A stretch of 49,698 nt of DNA, from contig DYQT01000002.1 of the NCBI GenBank assembly GCA_020719165.1, forward strand, positions 1-49,698, given 5' to 3'. The position numbers were made by a program, and so were the translations under genes. Below the pieces are notes generated by a model. That model searched no databases. It was not told where the DNA came from and worked only from the letters and a program-made list of their open reading frames with translations. Position 1 is the first letter of the stretch; the number at the start of each line of letters is the position of its first letter. Below, piece after piece: positions 17,424-24,754 of the stretch. This DNA comes from Draconibacterium orientale. GTDB taxonomy: Bacteria > Bacteroidota > Bacteroidia > Bacteroidales > FEN-979.

Positions 17424-18478
17424 TACAGTCTCACGAATTTATCAGTAACATCAAAACGTTCGGTAAAGTCAACCGGGTCAATGGTGGTACCTGCAGCAGC
17501 AGCCTCCAGTTTTGCCAGGTGATCCTGTAGTTTGCGAAGCTCGCGCAAACCATCCTTTTCAAGTGATGCAGATATTTCGTTCCGGTCGATCTTGCTGGCC
17601 GCTGATTTTGTTTTAATCACGTTGATAGTCATATTTGAGAATATGCCATCCGGAAGTACTTCAGCGGTTAATCGTTTCGCGGCAACGCTCAGGGTAAGCA
17701 GCGCCAGGGGCTGGCGGGCCTTATCAAGGATGATCAGATTATCCGCTGAAATGTCATCATCTTCAATGGCTGCCTGCAACTCAGCATATTTCTCAGCGGT
17801 GAAACATGATTTTATTTCATTGTCCTGCACCCGGCGCATGATCGGGAGCAGGGAGATAAACGTTAACCGGGATCCTCCGATCATAAACACCTTCTGAAAT
17901 TCATCCACGGTATTGATAAACAGTTCCCGCGTTGCCAATAACGCTGCTGATGTTTTCCATGGAAGTAATGGAGTGTAGCCGACTGGTGGAAATGTATCTT
18001 TTGGTGGAACAATTTCGACTTGATCATCGATATGTTCATCCAGAAATTCGAGGAGGATATCAGTACCATCGTTGGCCAGCCGTAAAAGGTTTTCATTGTC
18101 CTTTTCGATTTGCCACTCGAAGGCGGGTTTTTCCTGTTCCGAAACAAATATCTGGCGGCCTTTGTCAGAATGTGTCAAGTCGGAACTTGGCACATACCGG
18201 CGATAAGCATGAACGGCCACCGGGTATTGGATACACCGAACCAATTCATCCAGAATTGGATATTCGGGATGATCTTCATCTGCTTCAGCCAGCAGATAGT
18301 TCTCGGAATCGTAGTGATCCTGTGCAACCTGAAAAACCTCTTTGCCAATGATCTTCTTGATATCCCGCTCGGCAAAACCAATGTACGATTTCAGATTGTC
18401 GAAATTAATCGACTTGTAAATGAAGCCTATCAAGGCTTTCAGTTCAGATGAACCGGCAGAATCTTTATTAAACAGCAT
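17423..18478 (-). CDS. Hypothetical virion-module protein
   Basis: 351-aa ORF downstream of the portal-like gene. Confidence 0.6.
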   Translation of the reverse strand: MLFNKDSAGSSELKALIGFIYKSINFDNLKSYIGFAERDIKKIIGKEVFQVAQDHYDSENYLLAEADEDHPEYPILDELVRCIQYPVAVHAYRRYVPSSDLTHSDKGRQIFVSEQEKPAFEWQIEKDNENLLRLANDGTDILLEFLDEHIDDQVEIVPPKDTFPPVGYTPLLPWKTSAALLATRELFINTVDEFQKVFMIGGSRLTFISLLPIMRRVQDNEIKSCFTAEKYAELQAAIEDDDISADNLIILDKARQPLALLTLSVAAKRLTAEVLPDGIFSNMTINVIKTKSAASKIDRNEISASLEKDGLRELRKLQDHLAKLEAAAAGTTIDPVDFTERFDVTDKFVRL

Positions 18479-19835
18479 TTTTCAGGCGATCTTTAGGGTT
18501 CGTTTTTTCTTCGGTCATTACGATATCATGATAAAAGCCCAGGCGAAGGTCAGTTCCCGGGAAGTTAGCCCTGATGGCCATGTTGATATCCTTCATCACA
18601 ATACTTTCGGGGATATCGACACCGGTTGCCAGGTAAAGCTTGAAGGCATAGAGCTGCTCCGATCCGGATGGCAGGTTACCATCTTTGCTCAGGTTACTCA
18701 GCGCCGGATGGAGACCTATCCCTGAGGTGATCATGAACATCGACTGGTTGCTGATGGCGATTTGTGCATCAATAAAATCGCCAACCTTCTGATCCATTGG
18801 GGTTATTTTCCAGCCCACGTACTCGTTTGCCTGCTCGTCAAACAATGAATCGGTGGTGATGTACTTTCCCACCTTATCACCGCCGGAAAGGGCTAATGAA
18901 ACCGCTTTGAAAGTGTCATCTTTTAATTTATCAAAAGCTTTTTCGGTAAATGGAACATTCTGAGCAACACAATCCTCTTCCATTTTCATCTTCATCGATG
19001 CCCAATAGAGTGCAGGTACCTCAATGTGGTACTTGATGGCCATGGAATTGTCGTTGAAGTTGGTGAGCAACTTCGGAATCGAAGATCCCAGTTTGATCCA
19101 GCTGATCGTACCATGGAACGGCGAACGTGAATACTCCAAATCGAGCGCAAAAGCGTAGAGATTGGAATAGCGCATGGCCACCGGGGAGGCAAACGGGTTT
19201 TCAGGATCAAATACCGGGTACCTGCGAAGTCCATTCTTCCAGGGTTGCCGGTAATCGCCAACGATGATGTTTCTGATCTGGTTGTTATCATCCGGCCATT
19301 CAAGCCGTGAAAACATGCCCGAAACATGTTCCAGCTTCGCCACGGCGGCTTTCCCGCCAATCCGGGGGCCACGATTGCGGTAAAACTTGGTAAAATGACC
19401 ATTCAATGTGCGGAATTCGATGCAGGCTCTGAGCAAATAGTCTTCATAATCCCATGAATCGAGCCATGCCTGAATAGCAGGATCTTCATCCCAATACTTT
19501 TCCCTGCGGCCATTGTTGAATTTCACCCGGTACAAAGCCGGTCCCTGTCCGTAAAGAAGCTGCGCCTGTTTGTTGAGAACCTCCGGAGTGAGGTTATTCT
19601 CATCAAGAATGGTGCGAATTTCATCCGGATAATTGTTTTCGCTGCCATGAGCAACGATTTGAAAGTCGCCGATACGTGTTGGCAGCAGTTGACGGGCATT
19701 GGAATAGAACGGGAGAACCGAAGTCTGTGCTACGTTCGATGATCCTACCACATCGAAGAGGTAGCACCCGGCTTTGGTAACGGAAATAACCTTGTTTTCC
19801 GCTTTTAATAGTTGAACATCGGTATCTTCAGCCAT
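18468..19835 (-). CDS. Portal-like protein (tentative)
   Basis: 455 aa. The size and position (first large virion gene after the island that follows terL) fit a portal. No diagnostic motif verified. Confidence 0.45.
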   Translation of the reverse strand: MAEDTDVQLLKAENKVISVTKAGCYLFDVVGSSNVAQTSVLPFYSNARQLLPTRIGDFQIVAHGSENNYPDEIRTILDENNLTPEVLNKQAQLLYGQGPALYRVKFNNGRREKYWDEDPAIQAWLDSWDYEDYLLRACIEFRTLNGHFTKFYRNRGPRIGGKAAVAKLEHVSGMFSRLEWPDDNNQIRNIIVGDYRQPWKNGLRRYPVFDPENPFASPVAMRYSNLYAFALDLEYSRSPFHGTISWIKLGSSIPKLLTNFNDNSMAIKYHIEVPALYWASMKMKMEEDCVAQNVPFTEKAFDKLKDDTFKAVSLALSGGDKVGKYITTDSLFDEQANEYVGWKITPMDQKVGDFIDAQIAISNQSMFMITSGIGLHPALSNLSKDGNLPSGSEQLYAFKLYLATGVDIPESIVMKDINMAIRANFPGTDLRLGFYHDIVMTEEKTNPKDRLKNAV

Positions 19836-19842
19836 GTTTCGT

Positions 19843-20133
19843 TCAGTTAAGTATTACTCTTTTGCCGTTGAAATACATGATCAGCATTTGCCAGCAGTTG
19901 CGAGGCTCGTTCAGATCCTCGTCGAAATAAAACAGCTTGTAATCAGAATTTACCAGGTCTTCACTTTTTGCCGCCGGGCGTAAATGAGCCCGTTCAACGG
20001 CCCTTATGCCATTCGTCGTGGCCGTGTCGCGGTTCCAGGTAGCGTGAACGAACGAGAATGACTTCTCCTGTTGCGACATGCTCCGCATTTGTTTAATGGC
20101 ATCGTAAACTTGAATGGTTTCCTCTTCGTTCAT
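19843..20133 (-). CDS. Hypothetical protein
   Basis: 96-aa ORF. Promoter element P4 ends 4 nt before its ATG. Confidence 0.6.
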   Translation of the reverse strand: MNEEETIQVYDAIKQMRSMSQQEKSFSFVHATWNRDTATTNGIRAVERAHLRPAAKSEDLVNSDYKLFYFDEDLNEPRNCWQMLIMYFNGKRVILN

Positions 20134-20137
20134 GAGG

Positions 20138-20173
20138 CAAACTTACCGAGCGAGCAGGAAAATTTAAAGGACA
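20138..20173 (-). promoter_or_regulatory. Phage promoter-class element P4 (TGTCCTTTAA-N18-TAAGTTTG)
   Basis: 10-mer at 20164-20173, 18-nt spacer, a perfect TAnnTTTG at 20138-20145, then CCTC and ATG 20133. Confidence 0.65.
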
Positions 20174-20191
20174 CAATAATTGAGTCCTTTG

Positions 20192-20280
20192 GGCGGCAAA
20201 TCCATCAGGAGGCCGCCTTTAGTGACATGATATTTTCATGAGGTTACCTTTGCAGAAAATTTTGAGTAATGCGCGTGGGG
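20192..20280 (+). repeat. Cassette-boundary element c1 (hairpin, plus-strand -7 box TACCTTTG, conserved GAGTAAT..GTGGGG block)
   Basis: Stem GGCGGC/GCCGCC (20192-20197 / 20212-20217) with loop AAATCCATCAGGAG, and a -7 box at 20245-20252. Paralogous to c2-c4. Confidence 0.7.
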
Positions 20281-20415
20281 TTTTTGGTACTTTTTACTTC
20301 AAAAAGTTCCCCGTGAATACTGAGCGAAGTCGAAGTAAAAGCCGGTTTTCTTTTTGCTCAGCTTTTTCTTTGCCGGTGATGTACCAAAGAAAAAGCGTTC
20401 CGGGGATCTGCGAAC

Positions 20416-20445
20416 AAAAAAAACCAGTCCCGTTTCGGGGACTGG
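20416..20445 (-). terminator. Intrinsic terminator after ORF 20519..20731
   Basis: Stem CCAGTCCC/GGGACTGG, followed on the minus strand by T8 (plus-strand A8 at 20416-20423). Confidence 0.7.
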
Positions 20446-20518
20446 AAATATTCAGCCAAATCACATGTTCATTGAAAATGAACACTTGAATTTAATGAAC
20501 AGAAAATGAAAGAAACTG

Positions 20519-20731
20519 TTAATACTGCCTGCTGTAGTTGTCTTCATCTTCGAATGAAGCTAGCGAATGGCGGTAATCAGCCTCACCACATGCCAAATGT
20601 TCAGCATGGTTGCCGTTTGGCCAGTAAATAATTTCTTCGCCTTTTTTAATCGGTTTTTTGCAGGTGTAACATGTGCTGGCGAAGCGTGATGTCATTTGCC
20701 TGGGATCGAGTGATCTTTTCTTGTAGCTCAT
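20519..20731 (-). CDS. Small Cys/His-containing protein (possible zinc binding)
   Basis: 70 aa with C..C (CYTCKK) and H..H.AC (HAEHLAC). Confidence 0.55.
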   Translation of the reverse strand: MSYKKRSLDPRQMTSRFASTCYTCKKPIKKGEEIIYWPNGNHAEHLACGEADYRHSLASFEDEDNYSRQY

Positions 20732-20797
20732 GATGTTTGGTTTTTAATTGTGAATAAAAAAGCCGGGAACGTTTGTTCCCGGCCGGTGAATAATCTG

Positions 20798-21715
20798 TTA
20801 AAATGGTACGGTTTCTTCAATCAGTTCAGGAACCTGAACCTGATCTTCTTCATCCAGGATGATCTGCTGGGTTCCCAGGATATACTCGGCTGCTTTTTCT
20901 GCCCTGGTAGCTGCCCACATGATCCATTTCTGGTTATCTCTGAGCGCCGATGCCCAATCACGCAGGTAAGCATTTGAATTTCGTTGCCTTTTCGTCAATC
21001 CGGCACGGTCGGCCAGAAATGAAGAGGTAAGTTCAGCAACCAGTTCTTCCTTTGAATAAAGTTCGTCTCCAAACTTATTGTGAAAGGCTTCAAACCTGTT
21101 CAGCCGCTTCGGGTGGCCTGTCGAGTGCGCACATTCATGATAAATTATTCTGTAAAAATCTTCTGCCGTGTCATATTGATTCTCCGATGGCATGGTGATC
21201 ACATCAGCAACCGGTGAGTAGCATGGAGATATGTCTGACTGAGAAAAATATATTTCAGGTTTCCCTTTATAGCCTGAAATAATTTGTTCAGCCGGTACAA
21301 ATTGAGCAGATTTCCGGTCGATGGTGGCTTTGTCAAGCTCAGCAATCTTTTGTTTGCCGGTTTCGTCAAAGTGAGCCTGTTCGCTGTTGAAAATGTGATA
21401 GTACTTGAGAATAAATTTGCTGTCAGTTTCACCAGTACTGGCATTTTTTAAATCAGTTTTTTTCCAGAAAACGATGAGCGTTGACTTTTCACCTTTGCGC
21501 ACCTGACCTCCATTGGCCCGTATTTGTCCAAAAGTTCCGTAAACACGGCTTTTGAACCGGTCGCCTGACAAGATCAGATAATTAATTCCCCGGTAAAAAT
21601 GGCCATTCAGGCTAACCGGTGATGGCAAATCCCAAAATTTCTGCCAACTTCCGGCAGTTTCCAGGTTTGCGATGATCTTTTCAGTAATTGCGGCATAAAC
21701 TTCTGCATTATTCAT
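20798..21715 (-). CDS. ardC: ArdC-like antirestriction protein (ssDNA-binding N-domain plus zincin metalloprotease domain)
   Basis: N-terminus ...WQKFWD...NGHFYRGINYLILS...FGQIRANGGQVRKGEKSTLIVFWKK, and C-domain YHECAHSTGHPKRLNR (HExxH). Confidence 0.8.
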   Translation of the reverse strand: MNNAEVYAAITEKIIANLETAGSWQKFWDLPSPVSLNGHFYRGINYLILSGDRFKSRVYGTFGQIRANGGQVRKGEKSTLIVFWKKTDLKNASTGETDSKFILKYYHIFNSEQAHFDETGKQKIAELDKATIDRKSAQFVPAEQIISGYKGKPEIYFSQSDISPCYSPVADVITMPSENQYDTAEDFYRIIYHECAHSTGHPKRLNRFEAFHNKFGDELYSKEELVAELTSSFLADRAGLTKRQRNSNAYLRDWASALRDNQKWIMWAATRAEKAAEYILGTQQIILDEEDQVQVPELIEETVPF

Positions 21716-21859
21716 GTTTTACGCCCCTGCCCTGGGGACTTATTTAGGCATCTGGCTCGCCTGTGAAAAATTTATGCAGACTTAAAAACCGGAATAAAAA
21801 TTCTGGAACAAATGTTCGGGTCACAATTCCCGGCAGGGAATTTGAATGAACCCAGGCGG

Positions 21860-21951
21860 GCGACAGTTCCATCAGGAGGTCGCATTTAGAGACATGATAT
21901 TTTTATGAGGTTAACTTTGCGATAAATTTGAGTAGTAGTGCGGTGGGTAGG
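21860..21951 (+). repeat. Cassette-boundary element c2
   Basis: Stem GCGAC/GTCGC (21860-21864 / 21879-21883) with loop AGTTCCATCAGGAG, a -7 box TAACTTTG at 21912-21919, then GAGTAGTAGTGCGGTGGGTAGG. Confidence 0.7.
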
Positions 21952-21969
21952 CCGAGAAAATAAAAAAAT

Positions 21970-22000
21970 GGAGCCCCGGTTTCGAGGCTCCTTTTCTTTG
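21970..22000. terminator. Bidirectional intrinsic terminator
   Basis: GGAGCC (21970-21975) pairs with GGCTCC (21986-21991). A7 lies upstream and TTTTCTTT downstream on the plus strand. Confidence 0.7.
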
Positions 22001-22011
22001 GTCGTGATTTT

Positions 22012-22350
22012 TTAGAAGGGTATTTCATCCATGGGGATCATGTCAGGGATAATTTTGCCATCTGCAGTATGTTGTAATTTTTTTGGTTTGCGGATTTTTT
22101 TCTGAGGTGCATCCTGAACCTGGCTTGTCTGGGGCTCTGGTGTTTCGACCATTTTGTTTACATAAGCGGTGTAATCGTGACCGAAACTGTCTGTATTCTT
22201 CAATTTCGCTACTTCAAAAGTGAGGTAATCTTCGCCGTTGAATACGTGGGTGAGCTTTGCAATTTCTGACATTTTGAAACTGAATTTCACGATTGCTAAA
22301 TTTGCTACCTGATTGCCTTTTCCGATGTAATTTTTTTCAAAAGTTTTCAT
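22012..22350 (-). CDS. Small protein ending in an SSB-type acidic tip (..MDEIPF)
   Basis: The ORF track gives 22012..22410. I prefer Met at 22350 (MKTFEKNYIGKG). The C-terminal ...IPMDEIPF copies the D-D-D-I-P-F tip of bacterial SSB, preceded by a Pro/Gln/Lys-rich linker. Confidence 0.5.
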   Translation of the reverse strand: MKTFEKNYIGKGNQVANLAIVKFSFKMSEIAKLTHVFNGEDYLTFEVAKLKNTDSFGHDYTAYVNKMVETPEPQTSQVQDAPQKKIRKPKKLQHTADGKIIPDMIPMDEIPF

Positions 22351-22848
22351 GATGGAGTTTTTTAGGGTTAAAATTAATATGCAAGTGAAATTAAGATCAT
22401 GGAGGGGCACTCAAGGAGGAACTGGAATACCGTACTTCGACTTCGCTCAGCACCCTGAGCCATAAGTCGAATAGGATATGCCGGGAAAATCCTTGAATGA
22501 GTGGAACTGTACCCTGGAATGAGATAATAACTTAGCAGAGTAATTAAGACCGGAACTCTGTCATGCAACCTGCAGAAAATAAGCGGAAAAGTACGGTAAG
22601 TAAATTAATCGGGAAATTCAATCAAAATGGTGCAAACATCATCCGGCCAACTGGCGTGGACATCAACTTGACAGCGAAATATACAGTAGTTTGTCATTTA
22701 TACGCATGTAAACAGGTTGAAAACATGTGCCAAAGCAGATTCATTCAATGCATCCGAATAGTCCGCAAACCAAATTACATAGCAAAAATGCAGTAGGGTT
22801 ACAATACGGTTGGCACCCACACGTGTAAAACCCGTAAAGAAAACGAGC

Positions 22849-22876
22849 AAAAAAAAGGTCCCGGTTTCCCGGGACC
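22849..22876 (-). terminator. Intrinsic terminator after the RadC-like gene
   Basis: GGTCCCGG/CCGGGACC stem (22857-22876), followed on the minus strand by T8. Confidence 0.75.
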
Positions 22877-22882
22877 AGTAAT

Positions 22883-23623
22883 TTAAAGGGTGCCTTCATC
22901 AGCGAAGGAATAAAAGTTATCCTGTGCGACAATGATATGATCCAAAATAGAAATTTCAAGAAACGTTGCGGCATCTTTGAGTTTTCTGGTTGTTTTCAGA
23001 TCAGCATCACTTGGAGTTGCAATCCCAGCGGGATGATTGTGCCCGATAATAATGGATGAGCTATGATTTTCCAGGGCGATGAAGAATATCTTTTTAGGAT
23101 CAACCACGGTGCCGGATATTCCACCTTCTGAGACCTTTACCGTCTTAATGATCTTATTTGCCCGGTTCAGGAGCAACATCCAGAATTCTTCATAAGGCAG
23201 GTCGCCCATTAGGGAATGGAAAATCGTATAGGCATCCTGGCTTGTGGAAATCTTAGGTTTGATAACTACCTCGGTAGCATTTCTTCTGCGGGAGAGCGCA
23301 AACATGGAAATAATCTGGCAGGCACGTTGTTTTCCGATGCCTCTGATTTTTTGCAGATCAGCAATTCCAAGTTTCCAGAACTCACAAAGGTTATTTTGAC
23401 AGGATGCCATAATCTTCTGAGCTATGTCAAGTGAATTTTCCTGAGGCGTTCCGGAGCCAATGAGAATACTGAGCAGTTCTGCATCAGAAAGGCTTGCAGT
23501 TCCTTTAAGCATCAGCTTCTCACTTGGAATGTCATCTTCTGCCCAGAATTGCATCGGGATCCTGTTTTTGTAGGTTGAGTCATTTTGCAGGCCGGTTTGA
23601 GAATCCATAACTGATTTTTTCAT
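22883..23623 (-). CDS. radC: RadC-like JAB/MPN-domain protein
   Basis: IIGHNHPAGIATPSDADLKTTRKLKDAATFLEISILDHIIV matches the H.HP.G...PS..D JAB signature of RadC. An N-terminal helix-hairpin-helix-like region is present (LLSILIGSGT...IRGIGKQRA). Confidence 0.8.
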   Translation of the reverse strand: MKKSVMDSQTGLQNDSTYKNRIPMQFWAEDDIPSEKLMLKGTASLSDAELLSILIGSGTPQENSLDIAQKIMASCQNNLCEFWKLGIADLQKIRGIGKQRACQIISMFALSRRRNATEVVIKPKISTSQDAYTIFHSLMGDLPYEEFWMLLLNRANKIIKTVKVSEGGISGTVVDPKKIFFIALENHSSSIIIGHNHPAGIATPSDADLKTTRKLKDAATFLEISILDHIIVAQDNFYSFADEGTL

Positions 23624-23703
23624 CGTTAATTGAGTTTATGCAGCCGCAATGGCCGCGGTTAGTACTGAAATATTGCTTCCAGAACATTACCGGGGAGAAA
23701 TAA

Positions 23704-23842
23704 ATAATGTCAATGGGTGTTGGTCAGATTGATTTTCCAATCTGAATACACTGAAAGCGGCGATTCCATCAGGAGGCCGCCCTTGACAGTTTTATTTTCC
23801 CATAGGTAACTTTGCAATAATTCGAGTAGTAGTGTGCGCTGG
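23704..23842 (+). repeat. Cassette-boundary element c3
   Basis: Hairpin 1 CAGATTG/CAATCTG (23725-23744); hairpin 2 GCGGC/GCCGC (23757-23780) with loop GATTCCATCAGGAG; TTGACA at 23783-23788; -7 box TAACTTTG at 23807-23814; then GAGTAGTAGTGTGCGCTGG. Confidence 0.7.
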
Positions 23843-23873
23843 CCCTTTGATGGCATCCGGGAGATACGACCAT

Positions 23874-23907
23874 AAAAAAAGCAGACAGTCTTTTGGTGAC
23901 TGTCTGC
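23874..23907 (-). terminator. Intrinsic terminator
   Basis: GCAGACAGTC/GACTGTCTGC 10-bp stem (23881-23907), followed on the minus strand by T7. Confidence 0.75.
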
Positions 23908-23914
23908 CTTGTGT

Positions 23915-24199
23915 TTAATTCTTAAAAGAATGATTTTTTTGAAATTGACGAAATTCCCATTCGAAGAGAAGATATTGTTCATCGGTCATTTCTTCCGAAA
24001 AGCCGGGATAATAAATTTGTTCCATGTGCTGAATGAACATTTCTTCGATGGATTGATTGCGGGTTTCTTTTGCAATTGCGGTCATGGCAGTGAGTTTTAG
24101 AGATGAATACTTGAAATTTTCTGATCGCGAAGCGTTAAACCGGATCGATTGGATAATGTCAAGGGTGTTGGTCAGATTGACCTTCCAATCTGAATACAC
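23915..24199 (-). CDS. Hypothetical small protein (start uncertain)
   Basis: 94-aa ORF. Its first ~12 codons translate the c4 repeat, so an internal Met (MTAIAKETRNQ...) may be the true start. Confidence 0.4.
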   Translation of the reverse strand: MYSDWKVNLTNTLDIIQSIRFNASRSENFKYSSLKLTAMTAIAKETRNQSIEEMFIQHMEQIYYPGFSEEMTDEQYLLFEWEFRQFQKNHSFKN

Positions 24200-24317
24200 T
24201 GAAAGCGACCGTTTCTTGTCGCCCTTGACAGTTCCAAGTTTCCAGCGCTCTATCAGCTGGAATACATGTCGATGTAGGTAGCTTTGAAATTATTTCAAGT
24301 ATTGATAGTGGGTAGGG
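24153..24317 (+). repeat. Cassette-boundary element c4
   Basis: Shares ATAATGTCAA.GGGTGTTGGTCAGATTGA..TTCCAATCTGAATACACTGAAAGCG with c3. Hairpin 2 is GCGAC/GTCGC (24205-24222). TTGACA at 24225-24230, an extra hairpin TTCCAGC/GCTGGAA, a -7 box TAGCTTTG at 24279-24286, then AGTATTGATAGTGGGTAGGG. Confidence 0.65.
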
Positions 24318-24699
24318 TTTTGCTTGCTTTTTAAAAAAGCTGCCCGGAAACGGTTTCTTTTTCGCTTCCTTTTTCTTTGACGTTCATTCAAAGAAAAGGA
24401 AGTCAATTTATTCAACTGTTACGGCGTATAAAGCGATATTAAAGTAATACTTTAAGTGAAAAATGAGCTTTATGGCTAATTTTTACTTTTTTAACCTGGT
24501 TTGGTTACCTTTTCCTAAAGGTAAAACACGTTCCCAGCCGACTCGCCCCAATAGGGATGCGAACGTGCCCGCTTCCCGGCAGGCGGATATATGAGCGAAG
24601 CCCATGTGGAAATCCCAGATGTACTGGGGTTTCTGGTTTCAGAAATCCCACCATATGCGGGCAGACTTGAAAAGGATGACCAGTGTATAAAAACAGGGT

Positions 24700-24754
24700 A
24701 GGTTATGTACTAATGTGACCAGGTTGTGTACTTAGGCCAGGGAGGTTGTGTACT
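24700..24754. repeat. Three phased 12-bp direct repeats AGGTT(A/G)TGTACT
   Basis: Copies at 24700-24711, 24721-24732 and 24743-24754, spaced 21-22 bp apart. The last abuts or overlaps the terL stop codon. Confidence 0.8.

Noticed and set aside
20238-20489. 83-aa (+) and 63-aa (-) ORFs in the c1 intergenic region
   Set aside because: They overlap each other on opposite strands, are low-complexity, and cross several hairpins and a terminator. I treat the region as non-coding or ncRNA-bearing.
23710-23982. 90-aa ORF between the radC-like gene and ORF 23915..24199
   Set aside because: It spans the c3 element and a strong terminator hairpin, and its C-terminus (..VYSDWKINLTNTH) only mirrors the repeated DNA shared with c4. 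It is likely non-coding.
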